From positions 9,908-50,449 of the forward strand of contig JBBIRT010000004.1 of assembly GCA_037441725.1 (NCBI GenBank): a stretch of DNA of 40,542 nt, in the 5' to 3' direction. This stretch comes from Deltaproteobacteria bacterium (GTDB lineage Bacteria > Desulfobacterota > BSN033 > UBA1163). Position 1 is the first letter of the stretch. Every line of letters starts with the position of its first letter. The notes under the pieces were generated by a model that saw only the letters and a program-made list of their open reading frames with translations, had not been told where the DNA came from and did no database searches. Shown in pieces: positions 18,235 to 26,866 of this stretch. Both the position numbers and the translations under genes were made by a program.

Positions 18235-20190
18235 ATGGTTAAATTCATTCAACATTCTATTCTTTTAATTCTCACGGGAATTTTCTTTCTATTTGCTGGG
18301 AATAGCGTCCAAGCCCAGATCTCTTCAGGACAGATGGCTCCAATATTTTCTTTAAAAGATTTTAAGGGTCAAACCTATGATCTGTCTCAGATGAGAGAAC
18401 AACCTATGCTCATCCTCTACTTTTTTGATGTAGAATCAAGACCGAGTCAGGAGGGGCTATTGAGCCTCAATCAATTGATGAGGCAATATAAGGGGGCCAA
18501 TTTCATTGTATGGGCCATTACACTTTCTCCCAAGGAAAAAGTCACAAAATTCATTGAAGCCTCTGGTATCACTTTTCCTGTTCTTCTGGATCTGAGTAAA
18601 GTCAGCGATCTTTATCAGGCAAGGCAGATATTACCCACTGTTTGCACCCTTGGCCCCGGGCTTAAGGTTTTAGATTACTTTCAGGGGGGAGGGAAGACCA
18701 CTGAGACCATGCTGATAAGACTTGCAGAAAGGCAACTCCAGAGAAAGCAGACCCAATTGGCCAAAGCGATCAGTGAGGAGGTGTCCAAAAAGAATCCTCA
18801 AAACATCAAGGCCAAGACCATTAAAGGCTATGCGGCGTTAAAAGAGGATCGTCTGAGTGAAGCGGAGGAGGTGTTTAAAGAAGTTTCAAGGAAAGGTGGG
18901 GAGGGGGAGGTTTTGGGAAAAGAAGGGTTGGCCTCGGTCTATGCCAAGAAGGGACAAACAGATAAAGCCCTTCAGCTCGCGAAAGAGGTAGAAGAAAAAT
19001 CTCCAGATCGGGCATACATTCATGTGATTAAAGGGGATGCCCTTTATGCTCAGGATAAAAAGAAGGAGGCAGAAGAAGAGTATCAAAAGGCGGTTCAGAA
19101 AAAGATTGCTGAACCTTACCAGGAGGCTCAACGGTATAATCAGCTTGGTCGTCTTTATGCCAGTTCAGGGAAATATCAAAAGGCCCGAGAGCTTTATGAT
19201 CAAGCCTTAACGATAGATCCTTATTATATTGAGGGAACAACTAATAAAGGAATCACTTATGAGAAGGAAGGCCATTGGGATAAGGCCCTGGAGGCTTACC
19301 GACAAGCTTTGGCTCTGGATAAAGGAGATACGTTTGCTGCAATCCTGGCCAAAAAGGCAGAGGAGATGTTAGAGATTCAAAAGGATATCAAGCGCAAGGA
19401 GAGAATCGATCAATTAATTAAAGAGCTGGCTGCCCGATATCAGGGACAAAAGAAGGAAGAGGCTAAAAAGGCAGCAGATACCTGGACCTCTCCACCGATG
19501 ATCCTAACCTTTGTTGATTTTCAAGAGAAAGGGGGCCTCAACGAGAGGGATGGTTTCTCAACGGTCCTTATGTCACAATTGGCTGACCACCTTAATGCAT
19601 CTGGAAGGGTCAAGGTGGTTGAGAGGGTTTTGATTGAGAGACTTCTTGAGGAGTTGAATCTTGGTTCATCAGAGCTTGCCAATCCAGAAACTGCCCTAAA
19701 ATTAGGAAAAGTATTAGCCGCCAGATTGATTGGGACAGGCTCTCTCTATTATCTTCCCCAAGGAACACTTTTAAACCTTAGGCTCATCGATACAGAGACC
19801 TCAGCCATTCCTCAAGTGATGACCCGTCAGATTTCTCCTCAAGGCTCTCTCGAAAAGGAGCTATTTCATTTGAATCGGGAGATCCTGAGAACCATCGTTA
19901 AAAAATATCCTCTCCATGGGTATGTGGTCAAGACAATGGATGATCAGGTGATGCTCAATATCGGGTCAAAGCAAGGAGTCGTTTCCGGGACAAGGTTTGA
20001 AGTCATTGAGGACCAGGCTCCAGTCACTTATAAAGGAAAGTCCCTTCAGTCTTCTCTCAAAATCATTGCCCAATTGGAAGTGGTACAGGTGGAGCCGGAT
20101 CTCTGCTATGCAAAGGTTCTTAATAAAGAGAGATCTTTAAAAACCGATGACAAGGTACAAGAAAAGATGGAGGAGATATCCCTGAAATGA
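18235..20190 (+). CDS. Exported multidomain protein: redoxin-like (no CxxC) + TPR repeats + CsgG/TolB-N-like domain + FlgT-C-like beta domain
   Basis: Signal peptide; GQMAPIFSLKD...FPVLLD redoxin fold; TPR helices (YNQLGRLY...YDQALTIDP); VVER...EELNLG...LGKVLAAR; VMLNIGSKQGV..GTRFEV. Start 18235 follows a GGAGGG RBS. Confidence 0.75.
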   Translation: MVKFIQHSILLILTGIFFLFAGNSVQAQISSGQMAPIFSLKDFKGQTYDLSQMREQPMLILYFFDVESRPSQEGLLSLNQLMRQYKGANFIVWAITLSPKEKVTKFIEASGITFPVLLDLSKVSDLYQARQILPTVCTLGPGLKVLDYFQGGGKTTETMLIRLAERQLQRKQTQLAKAISEEVSKKNPQNIKAKTIKGYAALKEDRLSEAEEVFKEVSRKGGEGEVLGKEGLASVYAKKGQTDKALQLAKEVEEKSPDRAYIHVIKGDALYAQDKKKEAEEEYQKAVQKKIAEPYQEAQRYNQLGRLYASSGKYQKARELYDQALTIDPYYIEGTTNKGITYEKEGHWDKALEAYRQALALDKGDTFAAILAKKAEEMLEIQKDIKRKERIDQLIKELAARYQGQKKEEAKKAADTWTSPPMILTFVDFQEKGGLNERDGFSTVLMSQLADHLNASGRVKVVERVLIERLLEELNLGSSELANPETALKLGKVLAARLIGTGSLYYLPQGTLLNLRLIDTETSAIPQVMTRQISPQGSLEKELFHLNREILRTIVKKYPLHGYVVKTMDDQVMLNIGSKQGVVSGTRFEVIEDQAPVTYKGKSLQSSLKIIAQLEVVQVEPDLCYAKVLNKERSLKTDDKVQEKMEEISLK

Positions 20191-20693
20191 AACGGCAAAG
20201 GAGAAGTCCTATCTTTCTTAAAATTCTTATTCTCACTCCAATCCTTCTCTTTTGGGTTTCTTGCACCTCAACACCCGAATTGAAAGGGAGAAGCCTAACC
20301 ATTGCGGTTTGGGATTTAGATGATCTAAGCCCTTCCTCATTGGTTAGGCCCTCATTGGGGGAGATCTTATCGGGTGAGATTATTGAAACCCTGAAGAGGA
20401 AAGGAGAATATACAGTAGTTGAGAGAGAACGTCTACTCTTAGCCCTCGAGGAGCTCCGTCTTGGGACGACCAAGCTTGTCGATGAGGAGACCCGTCTCAA
20501 GCTCGGTAAAATGTTAGGGGCTCGATTCATGATATTTGGGGGTTACCAAATCATTGGAGATCAGGTGCGTGTTGACCTAAGAATGGTGGAAGTAGAAACT
20601 GGAAAGGTGAGAAAGGCTGTTGAGAAGATCACCTCTGCCACAGATTTGCAAGGATGGATCATCGCTGTTCAAAAGGCAGCAGAGGCGTTTTAA
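20187..20693 (+). CDS. CsgG/HfaB-like lipoprotein
   Basis: Basic N-terminus, hydrophobic stretch and WVSC lipobox-like site; TIAVWDL, VVERERL..ALEELRLG, LGKMLGA and LRMVEVETG motifs. Confidence 0.75.
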   Translation: MKRQRRSPIFLKILILTPILLFWVSCTSTPELKGRSLTIAVWDLDDLSPSSLVRPSLGEILSGEIIETLKRKGEYTVVERERLLLALEELRLGTTKLVDEETRLKLGKMLGARFMIFGGYQIIGDQVRVDLRMVEVETGKVRKAVEKITSATDLQGWIIAVQKAAEAF

Positions 20694-20700
20694 TCTATTT

Positions 20701-21957
20701 CTAAAATCTGCTGGTTAAAAGCAGTCCTCCAGAGAATCCTTTATAGTGGCGTTCACTGAAGTTTTGGGAACTGATGAGATAGGGGTAACTTCTTTGTCCA
20801 TCATGCATGATAAAACCTTTAAAATAGATCTCTCCGTTAAGGGAGGGGAGGATTTTTCGAGTTGCTCCAAAACCGAGGGAATATCTTTCCCTGCGGCCCT
20901 GATGATTTTGTGAGAAGGAAGGGTAATCATTGGAGGTAATGAAGAGAGTCTGAAAGATAGATTTAATGGTTGTTTTTTCGTCAAAAAGATATTTCAAAGC
21001 GAATTCACCCACCCATTCATCTCCATGACTATTCTTTCTCTCCGTGATAAGGATAGGAAGGCTGTATAATTCGACATACCATCCATATCCTGGATAATAA
21101 GACCAATCCTCTCTATAGTCATATTTGTTTTTTTCCCTAAAAATTCCTTTCAGGGAGAGATCAAAATCCCATTTTTTTCTATTGTAATTTAGTCCCAGAC
21201 CAATGAGCCAGAGTTCGCCTTCTTTTAAGGTATGTCGATACAACTCATTCGTTCCCCAAATGTCTCGATTGGATTCTTTCCATTTTGACCCTTTATAATA
21301 AGCGTAATTGCCAAAGATGCGACACCGCCAGGGAGGGAAGATATCATAATGAATCTCTGCGGTTAAACTGAAGATATCCCCTGGGGAATAATCCTTAATC
21401 TGAATGGTTGAATAATATTCTTCTGTTAAATATCCAAAATCGAATTTTCCTCGCCAGAGATAGCCTGCTCCCAGACCCAAAACCCCTCTCCTCCATTCCT
21501 TGGCCAGGGAGAGAGTGGGGTTGATATTGAAGCCCTCCCCAAAGGTGTTGATTGAAATCAAGTAAGGATCCATTATGAGAATTTGATCTTTAGCCTTCAG
21601 GTTGGTTTTTCCGGTAGGAAGATTAAGATCAAGTCCTATAAGGAAATCGATGGGAAGTTTCCCAATGATTTCATAAGCGAGATTGACTTTGGAATCGAGA
21701 ACATGACCGAGTGATCGATCCGATCCTGTATAGGGATCCTTATGAGTATAAGCATACCCAGTGAGCAAACCCAAAGAGAAATCTTTGTATTGGGCCTCCA
21801 GTGAGAGAGGGAGATAGGATTGCCTTGCCTTATTCCCTTTAGTATCTTCCCACCAGTCGAAATTTATTCCTGAATGCACTTTAAAATCGATGGCCCAAAC
21901 CCTCTCCATCGAAATCATCAGTGTAAGGGATGTTAAAATCCAAATCCATTTTTTCAT
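20701..21957 (-). CDS. Putative outer-membrane beta-barrel protein (paralog B)
   Basis: Signal peptide, aromatic-rich amphipathic strands, LNLPTGK motif, C-terminal Phe (GLLLTSRF); paralog of 22940-24169. Confidence 0.72.
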   Translation of the reverse strand: MKKWIWILTSLTLMISMERVWAIDFKVHSGINFDWWEDTKGNKARQSYLPLSLEAQYKDFSLGLLTGYAYTHKDPYTGSDRSLGHVLDSKVNLAYEIIGKLPIDFLIGLDLNLPTGKTNLKAKDQILIMDPYLISINTFGEGFNINPTLSLAKEWRRGVLGLGAGYLWRGKFDFGYLTEEYYSTIQIKDYSPGDIFSLTAEIHYDIFPPWRCRIFGNYAYYKGSKWKESNRDIWGTNELYRHTLKEGELWLIGLGLNYNRKKWDFDLSLKGIFREKNKYDYREDWSYYPGYGWYVELYSLPILITERKNSHGDEWVGEFALKYLFDEKTTIKSIFQTLFITSNDYPSFSQNHQGRRERYSLGFGATRKILPSLNGEIYFKGFIMHDGQRSYPYLISSQNFSERHYKGFSGGLLLTSRF

Positions 21958-22005
21958 AAAGATTCTTCCTCAATCATCGTTATTAATTATTTAGATTACC
22001 ATTCA

Positions 22006-22902
22006 TCATCGTTGAATTTTTGATGGTTGACGGTCTGGTGTTAGGGTCCTTTTTGTCGCATCTTCTGGAGCCAATTGGTCTGTAAGCGATGTTCTCTCCT
22101 TGATGGAGCGGAGCACCGACCGGCTTCTCCCTCTTCCTGCCAAAAGACCGAGTGTATATAATTCCTCTAAGGCCCCTCTTGCCACACAAATCCTTGGATC
22201 CTCCCTTAATGCCTTTTCATAATATTCGGCAGCTTTTTCATAGTTTCCTTGATCGCTCGCATCGATCCCCATGAATAAGGCCATTAAAGCTTTGTGATTG
22301 GTTGAACACGGCCTCCTTAATTCTTCATTTTCCATTGGGGTGGGCTCAATCTTAAAAAATTTAATCATCTCAAAGAGAAGGTCTTTTTCAATTTTAAATA
22401 AATCTTCCATCTCCCCTTTTACCATGGGTTGAGCAATCATTTTTTGTGTTCCGACATCCAGAAGGTTTGCCTGAATCAAAATTGAACCCTCTTTGATCTA
22501 TCCTCCGATTATCAAACGAGCCCCTAAAAGCCTTCCCACTCTTGGAGTGGTTTGAGAATCAACCATTCCAGAGGCCCCCAATCCCATCTCTTCAACCAGA
22601 GCTTGGATTCTAATTCTCTCCACCACTTGAAGTTCTCTGATTTTAAAAAGATCTGTCAAGAGCATTAAAGCCAAGCCTTTCTGAAGGGGAATGAATTCTG
22701 ATCTTCCTGTTTTATTTTCGAAATAGAGAACGGCAACCGTATTTCTTGCCTCCACAGGGCGAAGGGCCTTTTCTTCTTTTAGTACTTTTTGGGCCCACAT
22801 TCTAACATCGGAAGTGACCACCTCCCCAGCCCAAGTTGTGCCCATCATCAGAAAAAAGGCCAGACAGAAACTCCATGCTTTCAAGATCATCCTGTTTCTC
22901 AT
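22006..22902 (-). pseudogene. CsgG-like + TPR exported protein interrupted by one in-frame TAG (nonsense mutation, sequencing error or readthrough)
   Basis: ORFs 22498-22926 and 22006-22479 share a frame: ...LGARLIIGG-TAG-IKEGSILIQANLLD... Joined, they align along the whole intact paralog 24258-25175. Start uncertain (ATG 22902 chosen). Confidence 0.75.
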
Positions 22903-22939
22903 CCCTCTTTCCCTATAAATAGACAATATTTAACAATCT

Positions 22940-24169
22940 TTAAAACTTTCCTGTTAAAATAAGTCCTGCTGAAAAACCTCTATAATTCCGACCTTTCTTA
23001 AACTCGGGGTAATTCATCTTATCCGTATGCATCAGAAACCCTTTGGTATAAATCTCTCCTTCCAGAAATGGGAGGAGTCCTCTTGTCAATCCAACTCCCA
23101 AAGAGCCCTTCTCCTTGTGACCAATAAATTTGGATGAATTTGAAGGATACTCGTTTCTGGTAATCAAGAGGGCTTGAAGATAAGTTTTTAAAGTCGTTTT
23201 ATCATCTAAAAATAATTTTAAAAAAAGATCCCCTATCCATTCATCTCCATGACTATTTCGAGTTTCAGTTGAAATGGGTAAGCGTTTCCATTGTTCATAG
23301 AGTTGAAGGGGAGGCATATATCCGCCAGGGGATTCTCTTTTGAATTTACTTTTATCCCTAAAGATGTATCGTGCTGTTAATCCAGCCTCCCATTTTTTAT
23401 CGTTATAATTCAATCCAAAACCAGCAGAGAAAAGGGGTCCTTCCTGATAAAACGTGATATCATCCACTTCATCCTTACCATACCAGGTATAAAGACCGAA
23501 GATTCTTGCATACCAATCGGTTAAAAAATCATAACGGATCTCAGCATTCACACTCACCAACTCTCCTGGATCGTAATCCTTTGTATAAAAGGCTTGGTAC
23601 CCTGCCATGGGTCCCATGTCATGAACCCACTCGAAGACTTTGTTCTGATAATCGTATTTTCCCCTCCAGGCATACCCAGCCCCTAAACCAATTGTGAAAT
23701 CTCCAAACTCTTTAGCCAAATTTAGGGTAGGATTTATATCAAACCCTGCCCCAAAATTCGTCACGGAAACGAGATCAGGATCCATGATCAGCCGTCTCTC
23801 CCTTTGGCTGAGATCGCTTTTACCGGTGGGAAGATTAAAATCCAGACCCATGAGAATATCCATGGGTAACTTGTCCAGAATTTCATAAGAAAGATTCACT
23901 TTGGTATCGAGGAAATGGGTGAATGACAGGTTCGAGGATCTTCTCGGATCATAGCTAGTGTAGGCCTCTCCTGTAAGTATCTTCAAAAAGAAGTCGTGAT
24001 AATGGAGCTCTACACTCAAGGGGGCATAAAGTTGAATGCCTCGATCATGGGTATTATCTCTCCATCCATCATAGTGAATCCCTATCGGGGCTCTGAAATG
24101 AATTTCTGCCGCTTGACTTACTCCTAAGAAGATGATCATAAACATAATGATTAAGAAACCACGTTTCAT
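22940..24169 (-). CDS. Putative outer-membrane beta-barrel protein (paralog A)
   Basis: Signal peptide, LDFNLPTGK, NSHGDEW, C-terminal GLILTGKF; alternative start at 24190. Confidence 0.72.
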   Translation of the reverse strand: MKRGFLIIMFMIIFLGVSQAAEIHFRAPIGIHYDGWRDNTHDRGIQLYAPLSVELHYHDFFLKILTGEAYTSYDPRRSSNLSFTHFLDTKVNLSYEILDKLPMDILMGLDFNLPTGKSDLSQRERRLIMDPDLVSVTNFGAGFDINPTLNLAKEFGDFTIGLGAGYAWRGKYDYQNKVFEWVHDMGPMAGYQAFYTKDYDPGELVSVNAEIRYDFLTDWYARIFGLYTWYGKDEVDDITFYQEGPLFSAGFGLNYNDKKWEAGLTARYIFRDKSKFKRESPGGYMPPLQLYEQWKRLPISTETRNSHGDEWIGDLFLKLFLDDKTTLKTYLQALLITRNEYPSNSSKFIGHKEKGSLGVGLTRGLLPFLEGEIYTKGFLMHTDKMNYPEFKKGRNYRGFSAGLILTGKF

Positions 24170-24257
24170 CTTAAATGGACCTCTCTTCATTGGTATGAGA
24201 GAAAAAAATGATTCCCTAAATAAATCCTGTTATGCCCTCCCATCCATGAAATATGCC

Positions 24258-25175
24258 TTAGGGGTAGTAGGTTTGTATGCCTTCTGCTGGGATCGTTGAA
24301 GGTTTTCTTTCTCTTTTTGTTGAATCTTCTGGGGTAATTTGATCCGTGACTGAACTCCTGTCTCTCAAGGACCTTAATACCTCACGACTCCTCTTTCTTT
24401 CAGTAAAAAGGCGGAGATCTCTTAACTCCTGTAATGCCTCCCGAGCAACCATTATATTAGGATCCAGGGATAATGCCTTCTCATAATAATCTGCTGCCTT
24501 CTTATAATCACCGCGATCACTCGATTCTATCCCACGAGATAAGGCCATAAGGGCATTGAGATTGGTTGAAAAAGGCTTTCGGAGCTCTCTTTCTTGCTCA
24601 GGAGTCAACTCTATTTTTAAAACTCGAACAATTTGAAAAAGAAGATCCTTCTCCATTTGGAATAGATCTGAAAGATAACCTTCTGTCATTGGTTGTCCAA
24701 GAATATTTTGGGTCGTCACATCCAAAGGATAGGATTGAATCTGAATCCTTTCCTCCCTCCCTTGATTTATATTTCCTCCTATCATCCAATGGACTCCCAA
24801 AAACCTACCCACCCGTGGTGCTGTATCCTGATCTATCAATCCCGAGACACCAAGACCCAACTCCTCCATTAGAGCCTGGAACTTCACTCTTTCTAAGACC
24901 TGAAATTCCTTCAATTTGGATAGGTCGGTTGTGAGCATTAACGATATCCCTTTTTGTAAGGGGTCTAATTCTTTTTGTCCAGTTTTATTATGAAAATAGG
25001 GAACGGCTAAAGTATTTCGGGCTGGTGTGGTCTTGAGGGTCTTTTCTTCTTGGATTATTTTCTGGGCCCAAACCCTTATGTCTTTTGTTACCACTTCTCT
25101 TGCATGGACCTGAAACAGAGAGGTGGCTCCAATCAAACTGAAGCCTAATAAGCTTAAAAACCATTTCCTTTTCAT
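24258..25175 (-). CDS. Exported CsgG/TolB-N-like domain protein with C-terminal TPR
   Basis: Signal peptide; TLAVPYFHN, LQKGISLMLTTDL, VLER..FQALMEELGLG; TPR GDYKKAADYYEKALSLDP. Confidence 0.75.
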   Translation of the reverse strand: MKRKWFLSLLGFSLIGATSLFQVHAREVVTKDIRVWAQKIIQEEKTLKTTPARNTLAVPYFHNKTGQKELDPLQKGISLMLTTDLSKLKEFQVLERVKFQALMEELGLGVSGLIDQDTAPRVGRFLGVHWMIGGNINQGREERIQIQSYPLDVTTQNILGQPMTEGYLSDLFQMEKDLLFQIVRVLKIELTPEQERELRKPFSTNLNALMALSRGIESSDRGDYKKAADYYEKALSLDPNIMVAREALQELRDLRLFTERKRSREVLRSLRDRSSVTDQITPEDSTKRERKPSTIPAEGIQTYYP

Positions 25176-25214
25176 ATCGGTATCCTAATGGGATGGGTTT
25201 AAAAAATTATATGC

Positions 25215-25243
25215 AATATATGGCCATTTCGTTTTGTTGTCAA
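25215..25243 (-). promoter_or_regulatory. Candidate sigma70 promoter for the CsgG-like/barrel operon
   Basis: Minus strand TTGACA (25243-25238), 17-bp spacer, TATATT (25220-25215). Confidence 0.6.
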
Positions 25244-25365
25244 GAGATTTTTATGACGTCTTTTTTAAGATTTAAAGCTTATAACTTTCTTGACAGGGAG
25301 TTTAAAGTATGATTAGCTTTCAAAATACTAAGTCTTATCTATCTAAAAAGGAATGGGAGGCAAGA

Positions 25366-26286
25366 ATGGACATAGAAAGGGTATTGATTGTAGGAGCGGG
25401 TTTCATGGGGGCTGGGATTGCTCAAGTTTGTGCCCAAGCAGGGATTCAAATATTTCTTAATGATATTAGCCAAGAGATCCTCGATCAGGCTTTAAACAGT
25501 ATTTCTTGGTCTTTGGGGAAATTTCATGAAAAGGGGAAATTGAAAGAAGACGTTGAGGTGATTATGAATAGAATTAAGATTCACCTCGATTGGGAGAAGG
25601 CCTTACCGGTCGATCTAGCCATTGAGGCTGTCTTTGAAAAGTTAGAGTTAAAAAAGGAAATTTTTAGAAAGTTAGACGAAGTCTGTGACGCAAAAACGAT
25701 TATTGCCACCAATACTTCAGCAATTCCTATCACTGAAATCGCAGCTGTAACCAAGCGAGCGGAAAAGATCATCGGCCTCCACTTCTTCACTCCTGTCCCG
25801 ATGATGGAAGTCGTGGAGGTGATCAAGGGAATCACGACATCTGAAGAAACCATGCAGAGAGGGATCGATTTTGTAAGAAAGATAGGAAAGGAGCCTATTC
25901 GAGTCGAACGTGATATCCCCGGGTTTCTTTTAAATCGCATCAATCTCGTGGGTTATGTAGAGGCGATTCGATTATTGGAACTTGGGATAGGAACCGTCGA
26001 GGATATAGACAAAGGGGTCCGTCTTGCTTTTGGAAGAAGGATGGGGCCCTTTGAGACTGGCGACCTGGTTGGATTGGATGTATCTTTAGGAGCCCTTAAT
26101 GCCATCTATGAAGAAAGTAAGGATATGCGATTTTACCCTCCCCAACTCCTGAGACGAAAGGTCAAGGCAGGAGAGCTTGGAAGAAAGACCGGCAAAGGAT
26201 GGTATGAATATACTCAGGGTGGAAGCCAGTCGCATGAGGACCGTTCCTTCCTTTATCCTAAGGGGGAGAATCCCTCCTTAGGATAA
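25366..26286 (+). CDS. hbd: 3-hydroxyacyl-CoA (3-hydroxybutyryl-CoA) dehydrogenase
   Basis: GAGFMGAGIA, EAVFE, ATNTS, GLHFF, PGFLLNR, MGPFE and LGRKTGKGWYEY motifs; GGGAGG RBS before ATG 25366. Confidence 0.92.
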   Translation: MDIERVLIVGAGFMGAGIAQVCAQAGIQIFLNDISQEILDQALNSISWSLGKFHEKGKLKEDVEVIMNRIKIHLDWEKALPVDLAIEAVFEKLELKKEIFRKLDEVCDAKTIIATNTSAIPITEIAAVTKRAEKIIGLHFFTPVPMMEVVEVIKGITTSEETMQRGIDFVRKIGKEPIRVERDIPGFLLNRINLVGYVEAIRLLELGIGTVEDIDKGVRLAFGRRMGPFETGDLVGLDVSLGALNAIYEESKDMRFYPPQLLRRKVKAGELGRKTGKGWYEYTQGGSQSHEDRSFLYPKGENPSLG

Positions 26287-26290
26287 AGGA
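26249..26290. repeat. Long inverted repeat at the junction of convergent genes
   Basis: TCCTTTATCCTAAGG (26249-26263) is the exact reverse complement of CCTTAGGATAAAGGA (26276-26290); an inner GGGA/TCCC extends the stem. Confidence 0.7.
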
Positions 26291-26316
26291 GAAAAGAAGG
26301 GTTTAGAAGATCTAAA

Positions 26317-26799
26317 TCAGTCCAGGGGTTTTCGTTCATATTCAGGAGCAAAATAGATATCAAGATGAAAGACGGGCTGGTCCACCCTTTTGTAGTAAAG
26401 GGGACAGTGGATGAGTCCTGGTGTGAGATGAACAATCTTGGGGGAGGTGATGACGTGTTTTTCTCCCTCCTCTCCCAAGTAGAGTTCGATTTCAGCCCCC
26501 AGAAACCCAATATTCATCGGGTTACTCCCGAGAAAACAGAGGAATTGATCGAAGTCATGTTTATGGGGTTTATCCACCATGAGCATGGGTTTAACCACAG
26601 GGACAAGAAACCATCCTACATTGACTCCGTTTCGTTTACCCATTGCGGATTGGACGATGGGGACAGACCCTGGGATTTCAATCGCAATCGGAGTATCGGT
26701 GATGTGTTTCCCATATTTTGTTTTTGGCATTTCTCCAGGTTTTATAAGTCTTGGGGCATCCTTAAAAAGTTTTTCATATTTTAGTTTTGCCTTTGCCAT
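26317..26799 (-). CDS. Cupin-like hypothetical protein
   Basis: PHKHDFDQ and PGLIHCPL resemble the two cupin metal-binding motifs. Confidence 0.65.
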   Translation of the reverse strand: MAKAKLKYEKLFKDAPRLIKPGEMPKTKYGKHITDTPIAIEIPGSVPIVQSAMGKRNGVNVGWFLVPVVKPMLMVDKPHKHDFDQFLCFLGSNPMNIGFLGAEIELYLGEEGEKHVITSPKIVHLTPGLIHCPLYYKRVDQPVFHLDIYFAPEYERKPLD

Positions 26800-26866
26800 G
26801 GTTTATTTTCCTCCTTTTCCAATGATTGTTTCTTCTGAAAGCGATCTTTTTTAATTCTATTCGCGC

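Noticed and set aside
18235-25175. Curli biogenesis operon
   Set aside because: Only CsgG-like domains are present; no curlin repeat proteins or CsgE/F-like genes are recognisable.
26365-26854. Short ORFs antisense to or nested within larger genes here and throughout the track
   Set aside because: They are shadow frames of well-supported genes with no recognisable motifs.
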